The notes under the pieces are model-generated. The model was not told the DNA's origin and did not search any database. It saw nothing but the letters and a program-made list of their open reading frames with translations. The translations under genes were made by a program, and so were the position numbers. Of a stretch of 64,000 nt of DNA, positions 8,834 to 18,541 are shown one piece after another. This stretch comes from an uncultured Planctomycetales bacterium (GTDB lineage: Bacteria > Omnitrophota > Gorgyraeia > Zapsychrales > JBDRMG01), in contig CAYZIY010000001.1 of assembly GCA_964478715.1 (NCBI GenBank), positions 213,196 to 277,195 of the forward strand, given 5' to 3'. The stretch's first letter is position 1; the number at the start of each line of letters is the position of its first letter.

Positions 8834-10279
8834 ATGAGCGGTGTATTTGGATTAGTTGCCCGAGAGAATTGTGCCAAGACATTGATGTACGGGACCGATT
8901 ACCATTCGCATCTCGGAACCGAATATGGCGGTCTGGCTGTCTTGGGCAAGGAATTCGATCGTCGGATCCATAATATCGGCCAGACGCAGTTTAAGTCGAA
9001 ATTTTATGATGATTATCACCAGATGGAAGGCCCTAAAGGAATTGGCGTAATCAGCGACTGCGATGAGCAGCCGATTTATCTGGATTCCAAGTTTGGCCCG
9101 TTTTGCATTGTGACGACCGGGTTGATCGAAAATAAACAGGCTCTTAAAGAGGCCTTATTCCATGACGGGTTGTCTTTCAGTGAAATCAGCAAGTATGACG
9201 TCAATGTTCCGGAGTTGATCGCCAAGCTGATTAGCCGGGGCGAGACTCTCGTTGATGGAATTGAGAAAATGTTCGATGTTATCGAGGGCTCCTGTTCGCT
9301 TCTCGTCCTTAATCACGATGGCATTTATGCGGCAAGGGATCGGCGGGGGTACACGCCGCTTGTTATCGGGCAGAAGAGTGACGAGTGGGCGGTGACATCG
9401 GAAACCAATGCTTTTGAAAATCTGCACTTTAAAGTGAAGAAATTTTTACAGCCCGGTGAAATTGTTTTGTTAAACGAACAGGGAATGGCTCAGCAGAGAC
9501 CGGGAGACGGCTGCCAGCAAATCTGCGCTTTTCTTTGGATATATGCAGGTTTTCCGGCATCTGTCTATGAAGGAATCAATGTGGAAACTGTTCGGGAGCG
9601 ATGTGGCCGGGCCCTGGCCAAGAAAGATGACGATATTGATATTGATGTTGTCTCCGGTGTTCCCGACTCAGGGGTGGCGCATGCGATTGGATACGCGCAG
9701 CAATCTCAAAAACCTTACCGTCGGCCGCTGGTCAAATACACGCCCGGTTACGGACGCAGCTACACGCCGCCGTCGCAGGAGACTCGTGATCTGGTGGCTA
9801 CCATGAAATTGATTCCCATTGAGGATATCATCAAGGGCAATAGCATTGTGGTCTGCGAAGATTCGATTGTCCGCGGGACTCAATTGAAGAATTTTACGGT
9901 TAACAAGTTGTGGGAGCGCGGCGCTAAGGAGATCCATGTTCGTCCTGCCTGTCCGCCTTTGATGTTTCCCTGCCGGTTTTGTTTATCGACCAGAAGTATC
10001 AGCGAGCTGGCCGCCCGCAAGGCGATCCGGGCTTTAGAAGGAGAAGATATCGAGGATATTTCCGGTTATCTCGACCCGGAAAAGGACCAATACAAAAAAA
10101 TAGTCGAATGGATCCGCCAGGATTTGAATGTAACGACTTTGCGTTATCAAACCATTGATGATATGGTGAAGGCGATTGGTCTTCCCAAAGAGAAATTGTG
10201 TTTATATTGCTGGAACGGTAAATGTCCGGCGGAAAACAAGAATTGCAACAAACAAGAACATCAAGCCACAACCGTTTAA
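8834..10279 (+). CDS. Amidophosphoribosyltransferase (PurF)-like protein; N-terminal nucleophile is Ser not Cys
   Basis: The PRTase core is present (DIDVVSGVPDSGVAHAIGY; VCEDSIVRGTQLK). The Ntn-amidotransferase N-terminus reads MSGVFG where PurF has MCG[IV]FG. A C-terminal Cys cluster reads CLYCWNGKC. Confidence 0.7.
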   Translation: MSGVFGLVARENCAKTLMYGTDYHSHLGTEYGGLAVLGKEFDRRIHNIGQTQFKSKFYDDYHQMEGPKGIGVISDCDEQPIYLDSKFGPFCIVTTGLIENKQALKEALFHDGLSFSEISKYDVNVPELIAKLISRGETLVDGIEKMFDVIEGSCSLLVLNHDGIYAARDRRGYTPLVIGQKSDEWAVTSETNAFENLHFKVKKFLQPGEIVLLNEQGMAQQRPGDGCQQICAFLWIYAGFPASVYEGINVETVRERCGRALAKKDDDIDIDVVSGVPDSGVAHAIGYAQQSQKPYRRPLVKYTPGYGRSYTPPSQETRDLVATMKLIPIEDIIKGNSIVVCEDSIVRGTQLKNFTVNKLWERGAKEIHVRPACPPLMFPCRFCLSTRSISELAARKAIRALEGEDIEDISGYLDPEKDQYKKIVEWIRQDLNVTTLRYQTIDDMVKAIGLPKEKLCLYCWNGKCPAENKNCNKQEHQATTV

Positions 10280-10297
10280 CTGCAAGGAGGAAAAATC

Positions 10298-11191
10298 ATG
10301 TATATGAACCTTATCTGGGGTATGATTGTGATGATAGTCGGCTTAGCCATGGCTTTTGGCGGCAGGAAGCATCCGGATTTTAATACCAAAGGGCAAAAGG
10401 CGGCCGGCGGTATCGCTGTTTTAGTTGGAATCGTTTTAATTTTATCGAGTTTTATTCGGATTGTGCCGGCCGGGACGGTCGGGGTGGTTGATATTTTCGG
10501 TCAGGTCTCACCCCAAGAGAGAAAATCAGGACTCAATTTCGTCTTTCCTTTTGCCAAATTAGCGATCATGAACGTTAAAACCGAAGAGATCAAAGAAGTC
10601 ATGGTGGTTCCTTCCAAAGAGGGCCTTTCGATCAAGCTGGATGTCTCGATCCTCTACCGCTTGAATCCCAAAGAGGCGAGCAATATTTACAGCACGGTGG
10701 GTTTGGGATACCGCAATATTGTGATTGTTCCGCAGTTTCGTTCGGCCGCGCGGGGCGCAACGGTTGATTATGAAGCCAAAGCGCTTTATACTTCAGGCCG
10801 GACAGAGGTTGCCGAGAAAATTACAACCAATTTGGAGGAGCTTTTAAGCGAGCGGGGAATCATCCTGGAGAAAGCTTTACTGCGTTCCGTAGAACTTCCC
10901 CACACAGTAGCCCAGGCGATCGAGGTCAAATTGAAAGCTGAACAGGAAGCCGAGCAAATGAAATTCGTCCTTTTGAAAGAACGTAAAGAGGCCGAACGAC
11001 GGATTGTCGAGGCCGAAGGGATTTCTAAAGCGCAGGAGATCATCAATAAAACGCTGACACCGTCTTATTTGCAGCATGAGGCGATTCAGGCCCAGATAAA
11101 AATGGCCGACAGTCCGAACCATACGACGGTTTATATTCCTTCAGGCACTAACGGAATTCCCATTGTCCGGACAGTCGAAGAGAATCAATAA
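10298..11191 (+). CDS. SPFH/band-7 (stomatin/prohibitin/HflKC-like) membrane protein
   Basis: An N-terminal TM helix is followed by a band-7 domain and a coiled-coil (EQEAEQMKFVLLKERKEAERR). Confidence 0.8.
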   Translation: MYMNLIWGMIVMIVGLAMAFGGRKHPDFNTKGQKAAGGIAVLVGIVLILSSFIRIVPAGTVGVVDIFGQVSPQERKSGLNFVFPFAKLAIMNVKTEEIKEVMVVPSKEGLSIKLDVSILYRLNPKEASNIYSTVGLGYRNIVIVPQFRSAARGATVDYEAKALYTSGRTEVAEKITTNLEELLSERGIILEKALLRSVELPHTVAQAIEVKLKAEQEAEQMKFVLLKERKEAERRIVEAEGISKAQEIINKTLTPSYLQHEAIQAQIKMADSPNHTTVYIPSGTNGIPIVRTVEENQ

Positions 11192-11238
11192 AGGAATCAA
11201 CAACAAAAACCGAGAACGGGAACAGAGAAAGGAGTATC

Positions 11239-11820
11239 ATGAACCATTTGATTGTTTACGCCCATCCCAATCCGGAAAGCTTTAATCACGCGATTGTTGA
11301 AGCTTTGAAAAATTCTTTGGAAGAAAAGGAGAATGAAGTAAAAATACGCGATCTTTATAAACTGAAGTTTAGCCCCACGATGACCCAGGAAGAAATGGAA
11401 GCCACAAAAAAGAGTCTCTATGCCGTTGGTGTTCAAAATGAGCATACCGAAATCAAATGGGCCAATATCATTACTTTTATCTACCCCATTTGGTGGGGCG
11501 GGCCTCCGGCTATTCTTAAAGGCTACCTGGATCGTGTTTTGTGTGACGGCTTTGCCTATACCGAAGGCGAAAGCGGAGCCAAGGCGCTTTTGACAGACAA
11601 GAAAGTGTTTACGATCAACACGATTGACGCTCCCGAGGATGTATATCAGAAAAACGAACTATTTAAATCCATGGATTTGATCTGGGATAAGATCACGCTT
11701 CCCTTTGCCGGCATTGAGCCGATCGGCCATAAATATTTTTCATCCGTTTCTTCCTCAAGTGATGAGGACCGCAAAAAAATGCTGGAAGAGGTGGGCGCGC
11801 TGGCGGATCAACTCAAATAA
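11239..11820 (+). CDS. Flavodoxin-like NAD(P)H:quinone oxidoreductase family protein
   Basis: The N-terminus reads MNHLIVYAHPNPESFNHAI and the segment IYPIWWGGPPAILKGYLDRV matches the Flavodoxin_2/NQO fold. Confidence 0.6.
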   Translation: MNHLIVYAHPNPESFNHAIVEALKNSLEEKENEVKIRDLYKLKFSPTMTQEEMEATKKSLYAVGVQNEHTEIKWANIITFIYPIWWGGPPAILKGYLDRVLCDGFAYTEGESGAKALLTDKKVFTINTIDAPEDVYQKNELFKSMDLIWDKITLPFAGIEPIGHKYFSSVSSSSDEDRKKMLEEVGALADQLK

Positions 11821-11984
11821 AAAGACCGCCACTTCAGCCGGGGTGCCCTATCGAAAGGTTTTCTTTCTCTTTTTATTTCCGCATGCTGGAATCACCAGAG
11901 GTCCATTTCCTGATGGAAAGAGTAGAACTAAAGAGGCCGGGAAAAATATTGACATAAGATTAGAATATGCTAATATACTAATAT

Positions 11985-12290
11985 ATGAAAACCAAAATTT
12001 TATCCACTTCTCAACTGGAAACGGCCTCTATTATGCTTAAGGCGGTCGCCCATCCTCTGCGGCTTGAGATCCTCAGACAGCTTAAACAGGAGCCATTGCT
12101 GACGGTGACGGAAATTCAAAAAAGAATCGGCGCCGGTCAATCAATGACATCGCAACATCTTAAAGAACTGAAATCCTGCCGGATTGTGGCCAGCCAAAAG
12201 GAGGGGAATATTCGGCATTACTATTTAGAGAATAGAGATGTCTTGAAGTTGCTTCGTTGTGTCGAAGATTGCTGCCGGAAAAAGAAATAA
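11985..12290 (+). CDS. ArsR/SmtB-family transcriptional regulator
   Basis: A winged helix-turn-helix is present: HPLRLEILRQL...VTEIQKRIGAGQSMTSQHLKELKSCRIV. Confidence 0.8.
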   Translation: MKTKILSTSQLETASIMLKAVAHPLRLEILRQLKQEPLLTVTEIQKRIGAGQSMTSQHLKELKSCRIVASQKEGNIRHYYLENRDVLKLLRCVEDCCRKKK

Positions 12291-12308
12291 AAAAAGGAGA
12301 AGAGAACA

Positions 12309-14834
12309 ATGATCCGACGTTTGACAGAATTGGCTCTAAAGTATCCGAAGATTGTTATGGGGCTGACTGTTTTGTGTGTGGTTCTGGCTGCCTTTCAATA
12401 TCCCAAAATCAAGGTTGATACTGATCCGGAGAACATGCTTCCGGATGATGCGACCGTGCGTGTTTTTCACCATGAAGTTAAAGAAGAATTCGAACTTTAC
12501 GATTTGATTGTGGTGGGGATTGTCAACCGGAAGCATCCGTTGGGGGTTTTTAATGTCCAGACCCTGGGTCATGTTTATGAAATCACAGAAGAAATTAAAA
12601 AGATCGATGGTGTGATTAGCCAGCAAATCATTGCTCCATCGACCAAAGATAATATCGAGCAGGCCGGTATGGGGGCCGTCAAATTCAATTGGCTGATGGA
12701 TGAACCACCTCAAACGGCCGATGAGGCTTTGAGAATTCGCGATGAAGCCCGCGATCATCCCATCTTTGAGGGAACCGTCGTCAGCCATGACGGGCGGGCG
12801 CTGGCGCTTTATATTCCTATCGAGAAAAAAGATTTAAGCTATGAGATTGCCGAGAAAATCAGAGACATTGTGTCCAATTATTCAAAGGAGAGCGAATATC
12901 ATATCACCGGCTTACCCGTGGCCGAGGACCAATTTGGCGTGGAGATGTTTAAGCAGATGGCGATATCCGCCCCCTTGGCGGGTCTGGTTATCTTTCTTCT
13001 CATGTGGATTTTTTTCCGTTCGGCGGCCCTGATTACCGCTCCTATGATTGTGGCGGTAGCTACGGTTTTGATCACAATGGGTCTTCTGATCGGATTCGGG
13101 TTCCCTGTTCATATTATGAGTTCCATGATCCCCATTTTCCTGATGCCGATTGCGGTTTTGGATTCGGTTCATATTCTCAGCGAGTTTTTCGATAAATACA
13201 AACAAATCAGTGACCGCCGAAAGACAATGGTCCATGTGATCGAGGAACTGTTTTCGCCCATGCTTTTTACTTCCCTGACATCGGCTGCCGGATTTTTCTC
13301 GCTTTCTTTTTCACCCATTCCTCCGGTGCAGGTTTTTGGCGTCTTTGTGGCGATTGGGATTCTTTTAGCCTGGATTCTAACGATTACTCTCATTCCAGCA
13401 TATGTGATGTTGCTTCCTGAGAGAATCTTTCATCATTTCGGGAAAAAAGAAAACACGGAGAAATCCACGTTCATGGATCGTATTCTTAAGACCACAAAAA
13501 GAATCACAGTCACAAAGACCAAGCCTGTCCTTGCGATCAGCATGATCATTATGATTTTGTCTTTTTATGGCATCAGCCAAATTCGGGTGAATGATAATCC
13601 GGTTCGCTGGTTTACTCCCGGGCATCCGATCCGGGTGGCCGACCGCGTGCTGAATCATCATTTCGCCGGGACCTATCAGGCCTATTTGGTGATGGAAGCG
13701 AAAGACAAAGAGGCCGAGGTTTTTATCAGACCCCAGATGTTGAAATATGTTGAGGATCTTCAAAAAGCGCTGCGCCAGGAAGGTCTGGCCGGCAAGTCCA
13801 TGACGTTAACCGATATCGTTAAAAAAGTGTATTATGAATTGCTAGGCGGAGATAGAAAGAATAGCGTGATTCCCGATTCGAAGGCGGCCGTGGCCCAATG
13901 CCTGATCTCCTTTGAAAATTCCCATCAGCCCGATGATCTGTGGCATTTTACTACACCCGATTATTCCAAGCTCAATATCTGGTTGCAGCTTAAAAGCGGT
14001 GACAACAGGGATATGGATCGCGTGAGTCGTTTTGTCGATCGCTATATAGAGGAAAACAAACCGCCTTTCAAAATAAAGTACGATTGGGCCGGATTGACCT
14101 ATATCAATGTGGTCTGGCAGGACAATATGGTGAAAGGGATGCTCAAGAATTTTCTGGGGAGTTTTGTGATTGTGCTTTTTATGATGCTGTTTTTATTCCG
14201 ATCCCCGATCAAGGCCTTGATTTCGATGGTCCCTTTGACCGTGACGATTCTTTTTATTTACAGTTTATTGGGATTTCTTGGCAAAGATTATGATATGCCG
14301 GTAGCCGTCTTGTCGGCTCTGACTCTGGGGCTTTCCATTGATTTTGCGATTCATTTTATTCAGCGTTCCATTGAGATCCACCAGCAGAAAGGAAGCTGGG
14401 AAGACACCGCCACAGAGATGTTCACCGGTCCCGGACGGGCTATTTTACGAAACGCCTTGGTCGTGGCAATTGGATTTCTTCCGCTTTTGGCCGCGCCCTT
14501 AATGCCGTATAAAACCGTCGGTTTTTTTATGTTTATGATCATGGCTGTCTCGTCGGTGGCAACTCTATTTATTTTACCGGCGATTATTTCCGTGAATCCC
14601 AAAATGGTCTTTGATATTTCTAAAAAGGCGTTGGGGTGCCGTTGCGGACACTGTATTCTGATCGGGCTCTTTGTGGCCACGGCGGTGGCTTATGTTTTAT
14701 TAGGTTATACGACCGCGCATTGGAGCTGGACGACTTATTCGACAATCGCGGTGATTGTTGTTTTCAGTGCCCTGTGTCATTTTGCTTCAAAACGAAAAAA
14801 ATGCTTAACGCAAGGAGGAGACAATGAAGATTAA
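12309..14834 (+). CDS. MMPL/RND-superfamily exporter
   Basis: The protein is 841 aa with two blocks of about six transmembrane helices separated by periplasmic loops, which is MMPL-like. Confidence 0.8.
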   Translation: MIRRLTELALKYPKIVMGLTVLCVVLAAFQYPKIKVDTDPENMLPDDATVRVFHHEVKEEFELYDLIVVGIVNRKHPLGVFNVQTLGHVYEITEEIKKIDGVISQQIIAPSTKDNIEQAGMGAVKFNWLMDEPPQTADEALRIRDEARDHPIFEGTVVSHDGRALALYIPIEKKDLSYEIAEKIRDIVSNYSKESEYHITGLPVAEDQFGVEMFKQMAISAPLAGLVIFLLMWIFFRSAALITAPMIVAVATVLITMGLLIGFGFPVHIMSSMIPIFLMPIAVLDSVHILSEFFDKYKQISDRRKTMVHVIEELFSPMLFTSLTSAAGFFSLSFSPIPPVQVFGVFVAIGILLAWILTITLIPAYVMLLPERIFHHFGKKENTEKSTFMDRILKTTKRITVTKTKPVLAISMIIMILSFYGISQIRVNDNPVRWFTPGHPIRVADRVLNHHFAGTYQAYLVMEAKDKEAEVFIRPQMLKYVEDLQKALRQEGLAGKSMTLTDIVKKVYYELLGGDRKNSVIPDSKAAVAQCLISFENSHQPDDLWHFTTPDYSKLNIWLQLKSGDNRDMDRVSRFVDRYIEENKPPFKIKYDWAGLTYINVVWQDNMVKGMLKNFLGSFVIVLFMMLFLFRSPIKALISMVPLTVTILFIYSLLGFLGKDYDMPVAVLSALTLGLSIDFAIHFIQRSIEIHQQKGSWEDTATEMFTGPGRAILRNALVVAIGFLPLLAAPLMPYKTVGFFMFMIMAVSSVATLFILPAIISVNPKMVFDISKKALGCRCGHCILIGLFVATAVAYVLLGYTTAHWSWTTYSTIAVIVVFSALCHFASKRKKCLTQGGDNED

Positions 14835-15609
14835 TTATATGATTTTGGGTTTATGCGCACTGCTTTTCCTTTCTCCAAATGCCTGGGCTCTCAGTGCGGA
14901 TGAAATTGTTGAGAAGGCTAACCTGGTTTCTTACTATGCGGGCCAAGACGGAAGCAGTCAGGTGGCTATGACGATCACCGATTCGCGAGGCCGCCAGAGA
15001 AACCGGGAGTTTGCCATTCTTCGAATGAATGTTGAGCGAGGAGGTAAACAGAAGTTTTATGTTTATTTCCATCAACCCGCTGATGTAGCTCGAATGGTGT
15101 ATATGGTCTGGAAACATATCGGTCAGGATGATGACCGCTGGCTTTATCTGCCCGCTTTGGATTTGGTGCGGCGTATTGCGGCCAGCGATAAACGCTCGAG
15201 TTTTGTCGGCTCTCATTTTGTATATGAGGATGTTTCGGGCCGCTCCCCCGAAGCTGATACGCATGAACTGGTTGAAGAAACCGATACAAGCTATCAACTA
15301 AAGAATATTCCCAAAGACAAAAAAAATGTCGAGTTTGCCTACTATTTTGTCTGGGTTGACAAAGACAACTTCATGCCCATGAAGGCCGAATACTATAATG
15401 ATCAGGATGAGTTGATTCGGACTATTGAGGCGCTTGAGGTGAAAGAAATCGAAGGATATCCGACGGTGGTTAAGTCTAAAGTCACGGATCAACTGCGCGA
15501 GGGGCACACGGTGATGGAATTTTCGCAGATTGATTATGATGTGGGTTTAGAGGACAAACTCTTTCAGGAGAGATATCTGAGGCGGCCGCCAGCGAAATGG
15601 ATCAGATAA
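14824..15609 (+). CDS. LolA-like outer-membrane lipoprotein-sorting / DUF1329-family protein
   Basis: The ORF has a signal peptide. It sits in the position and has the size typical of DUF1329 genes downstream of an RND/MMPL gene. Confidence 0.45.
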   Translation: MKINYMILGLCALLFLSPNAWALSADEIVEKANLVSYYAGQDGSSQVAMTITDSRGRQRNREFAILRMNVERGGKQKFYVYFHQPADVARMVYMVWKHIGQDDDRWLYLPALDLVRRIAASDKRSSFVGSHFVYEDVSGRSPEADTHELVEETDTSYQLKNIPKDKKNVEFAYYFVWVDKDNFMPMKAEYYNDQDELIRTIEALEVKEIEGYPTVVKSKVTDQLREGHTVMEFSQIDYDVGLEDKLFQERYLRRPPAKWIR

Positions 15610-15610
15610 G

Positions 15611-16894
15611 ATGGTGTCGATGAAATTGAAAATCATTATTTTATTTCTATTTGCTTTTTTCTTTCAGGCCAAGGCCTATGGCCAGCTGCCGCGGTTTCAC
15701 GGGTTTGTTGAAGGGGCGTATGGCGTGAAGGTCAGCGATGACAAGACCAAGCGTGATGATTTCAATATGCTGGAAGGACGTTTGCAGTTGAAATTCACCC
15801 ACTTTATCGAAGGAGAAAATTGGCTGGCAGAGAAAGGGGGGATTCTAAATTTCAAAGGCGATTTTACCGTGGATGGATATTTCGATGGGGCCACTGATTT
15901 TGAACTGCGCGAGATGAATATTTTGTTTTCTCCTTTTGATTTCATGGATGCCAAGCTGGGTCGGCAGATTCTGACCTGGGGGACCGGTGATTATCTGTTT
16001 ATCAACGACATGTTTCCTAAAGACTATGTGTCTTTTTTTATCGGCCGCCAGGACGAATATCTTAAAAAACCCTCCGATGCGCTGAAATTTTCTTTTTATC
16101 CCGAAGCCTTTAATCTGGATTTTGTGGTGATTCCTTATTTTACGCCCAATACACATGCCAAGGGTGATCGATTGTCGTTTTTTGACAGTTTTCAAGGCGG
16201 GATCGCCGGGGTTAATTCCGACCGCCATCTGGTTTCGCCTTCATTCCAGATGTCGAATAATGAATATGCGCTTCGGATCTATCGGAATTTTGGCGCTACC
16301 GAAGGGGCGTTTTATTATTTTCGCGGATATGATAAATCACCGCGCAGTTATCAGGATGAGGCGGCCAGAAAATTATATTATGAGCGGCTGGATGTTTACG
16401 GGGCGAGCGTGCGCGGGGCCCTTGCCGGCGGCATTGCCAATGCGGAGATTGGATATCAATATTCGCGCGAGGATTCCAGCGGGACGGATCGTCTTATTGC
16501 CAATTCGTTTTTTAAGGCCATGGCCGGTTACAGCAAAGATTTAGGCAATGATCTGAGGATAGGATTCCAATATCTATTTGAACAGCGGCTCAACTATGAT
16601 GATTATGAAGAGAATTTACTTTCACAGGATTTCCGCTTTGATGAGTTCCGTCATCTTTTGACCAATCGAATTACCAAGCTTTACAAAAATCAGACCGTTA
16701 CCGTTTCTTTATTTACATTCTACTCACCATCGGATCGTGACGGGTATGTGCGCCCCAGCGTATCTTATGACCTGACCGATCAGTGGACATTGACCGGCGG
16801 GGCGAATATTCCCTGGGGCGAGGACGATTTAACCGAGTTCGGCCAGATGAAGAAAAATAAGAATGTGTATGTGCGGGTGCGATACAGTTTTTAA
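15611..16894 (+). CDS. Outer-membrane beta-barrel protein (DUF1302-like)
   Basis: A signal peptide is followed by alternating aromatic beta-strand patterns. The ORF ends in ...VRVRYSF with a terminal Phe, as OMPs do. Confidence 0.45.
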   Translation: MVSMKLKIIILFLFAFFFQAKAYGQLPRFHGFVEGAYGVKVSDDKTKRDDFNMLEGRLQLKFTHFIEGENWLAEKGGILNFKGDFTVDGYFDGATDFELREMNILFSPFDFMDAKLGRQILTWGTGDYLFINDMFPKDYVSFFIGRQDEYLKKPSDALKFSFYPEAFNLDFVVIPYFTPNTHAKGDRLSFFDSFQGGIAGVNSDRHLVSPSFQMSNNEYALRIYRNFGATEGAFYYFRGYDKSPRSYQDEAARKLYYERLDVYGASVRGALAGGIANAEIGYQYSREDSSGTDRLIANSFFKAMAGYSKDLGNDLRIGFQYLFEQRLNYDDYEENLLSQDFRFDEFRHLLTNRITKLYKNQTVTVSLFTFYSPSDRDGYVRPSVSYDLTDQWTLTGGANIPWGEDDLTEFGQMKKNKNVYVRVRYSF

Positions 16895-16920
16895 TTGCTC
16901 AATAAGAAAGGAAAAAGGAC

Positions 16921-17100
16921 ATGGAAAAAATACTGCGAGGGATCGCCGGAACATTTATTATTATCAGTGTAGTTCTGGCTTATTATGTGGATGAGCGCTG
17001 GCTGTTGTTTACACTTTTTGTGGGAGTGAATCTTTTTCAGTCTGCTTTTACGAACTGGTGTCCGATGATGGCAATTTTAAGGAAACTGGGAATAAAATAA
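16921..17100 (+). CDS. DUF2892 (YgaP-like) small inner-membrane protein, 59 aa
   Basis: This ORF is not in the supplied ORF track. It translates as MEKILRGIAGTFIIISVVLAYYVDERWLLFTLFVGVNLFQSAFTNWCPMMAILRKLGIK, which matches the DUF2892 signature (RxxxG...G.NL.QS..T.WCP). Confidence 0.55.
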   Translation: MEKILRGIAGTFIIISVVLAYYVDERWLLFTLFVGVNLFQSAFTNWCPMMAILRKLGIK

Positions 17101-17103
17101 AAT

Positions 17104-17133
17104 TTGACTAATTGAAAGAGAAGTTTTTATAAT
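17104..17133 (+). promoter_or_regulatory. sigma70-like promoter (TTGACT-18-TATAAT)
   Basis: Near-consensus promoter elements lie about 50 nt upstream of the desulfoferrodoxin start. The RBS is AGAGGAGG. Confidence 0.5.
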
Positions 17134-17183
17134 AACATCTTAAGCATCATAGAAATAAAATCCAGCAAAAAGAGGAGGCAGTT

Positions 17184-17573
17184 ATGATTGAAAAAAAGAG
17201 AATTTACAAATGCGAGAAGTGCGGCAATGTGGTCGAGTCGCTGTGGAACGGGAAACCGGATATTTCCTGCTGCGGTCAGGTGATGAAGGCTCTTGAGCCC
17301 AATACGGTGGATGCCGCTAAGGAAAAACACGTTCCGGTGATCGAAAGAAACGGTAATCAGGTGACCGTGAAGATCGGAAGCGAGCCTCATCCGATGACCG
17401 GTGAACATTATATTCTTTGCGTGGAATTGCTCTGCGGCGATCAAGTGTATCGTTATGATTTCAAAGAAGGCGACACTAAGGCGGAGGCAACCTTTCTGAT
17501 TGATGAGAAAGAAACGAATTTAAAGGCTCGTGAGTTTTGTAATTTGCACGGACTCTGGGCCACGGCAAAATAA
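17184..17573 (+). CDS. dfx: Desulfoferrodoxin (2Fe superoxide reductase)
   Basis: The N-terminal desulforedoxin Cys4 site reads CEKCGNV...SCCGQ. The C-terminal SOR domain has KHVPVIE and a centre of His and Cys ligands. Confidence 0.85.
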   Translation: MIEKKRIYKCEKCGNVVESLWNGKPDISCCGQVMKALEPNTVDAAKEKHVPVIERNGNQVTVKIGSEPHPMTGEHYILCVELLCGDQVYRYDFKEGDTKAEATFLIDEKETNLKAREFCNLHGLWATAK

Positions 17574-17581
17574 GAAAACCA

Positions 17582-18382
17582 GTGACAGTTCCCTCTTTTC
17601 AGTATCTTTTCGGTCCAGTGTATTCCTGGCGTCTCGGTATTTCTTTAGGGATTGATCCGATCTCCTGTGGTGAGAAAGTCTGTAACTTTGACTGTTTGTA
17701 TTGTCAATTGGGCCGCACGACTAAGCCGCAGCAAGTTCGAAAAGTTTTTGTTTCCACGGAAAAGATCATTCACGAAATTCAGCACCTGCCGAATATACAG
17801 ATTGATTATTTGACATTTTCTTCGCGCGGGGAGCCCACCTTGGCCGAAAATCTCGGTGAGATAATCCGGGAAATCCGTAGCATCCGCTCAGAGAAAATCG
17901 CGGTTATCACCAATGCCTCTTTGATGCATTTAGAAGAGGTCAAGGGGGATCTGCTGGGCATTGATCACTGCATGGCCAAGCTGGATGCCTGCACTCAAGA
18001 TTTGCTTTTTTCCGTGAACCGGCCGGTGCACGCCCTTCAATTAAACCGGATCATCGAGGGTCTGAAAGAATTTCGCAAAAAATTTCAAGGGAAGCTTTCT
18101 CTGCAGGTGATGTTAATTCAGGAAAATAAAGATTATGCCAAAGAGATCGCGCAGATGATCGGCGTGATTGGCGCCGATGAAATTCAACTCAATACACCTT
18201 TGCGTCCGTCTAATTCCCGGCCTTTGTTCGAGGGGGAATTAAGGCAAATCCAGAAATATTTTTCCCATCTTCCTGTCGTTAATGTTTACGATAAAGAGCG
18301 TAAAGAAATTGCACCCCTCGATTCCCGGGCCACAGCCCGACGACATGGCTCATTTTCAGCGGGCGATCAAGAAAAATCATAA
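17582..18382 (+). CDS. Radical SAM domain protein
   Basis: The CxxxCxxC motif reads CNFDCLYCQLG. The gene lies 9 nt downstream of dfx and is probably co-transcribed. Confidence 0.75.
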   Translation: MTVPSFQYLFGPVYSWRLGISLGIDPISCGEKVCNFDCLYCQLGRTTKPQQVRKVFVSTEKIIHEIQHLPNIQIDYLTFSSRGEPTLAENLGEIIREIRSIRSEKIAVITNASLMHLEEVKGDLLGIDHCMAKLDACTQDLLFSVNRPVHALQLNRIIEGLKEFRKKFQGKLSLQVMLIQENKDYAKEIAQMIGVIGADEIQLNTPLRPSNSRPLFEGELRQIQKYFSHLPVVNVYDKERKEIAPLDSRATARRHGSFSAGDQEKS

Positions 18383-18442
18383 ATATTGCATACTTTTGAA
18401 ATAGAGACAGATGTGTGACAAAGGGCTAATTTCTTGTCGATA

Positions 18443-18489
18443 GCACAATATGTTGTATAAAATTACTTGACAATCACAATATATAGTAC
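18443..18489 (+). promoter_or_regulatory. Two NrdR-box-like 16-bp sites (gcACAATATgtTGTat and tCACAATATATAGTac) 31 bp apart
   Basis: Each site matches 13 of 16 positions of the acaCwAtATaTwGtgt consensus. Spacing is about three helical turns. Box 2 fills the spacer of the RNR promoter. Confidence 0.5.
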
Positions 18490-18495
18490 TAGAAT
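18467..18495 (+). promoter_or_regulatory. sigma70-like promoter (TTGACA-17-TAGAAT) of the RNR gene
   Basis: A perfect -35 and a good -10 lie about 45 nt upstream of the ATG. The RBS is GAAGGAGG. Confidence 0.55.
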
Positions 18496-18541
18496 TTCGT
18501 TTACACAAATGCCACACACCCAAAAGAGAAGGAGGCCGTCC

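Noticed and set aside
12336-13763. Minus-strand ORFs (150, 107, 128 aa) within the MMPL transporter gene.
   Set aside because: They are antisense to a well-supported 841-aa membrane transporter and have His/Arg/Asn-rich implausible composition.
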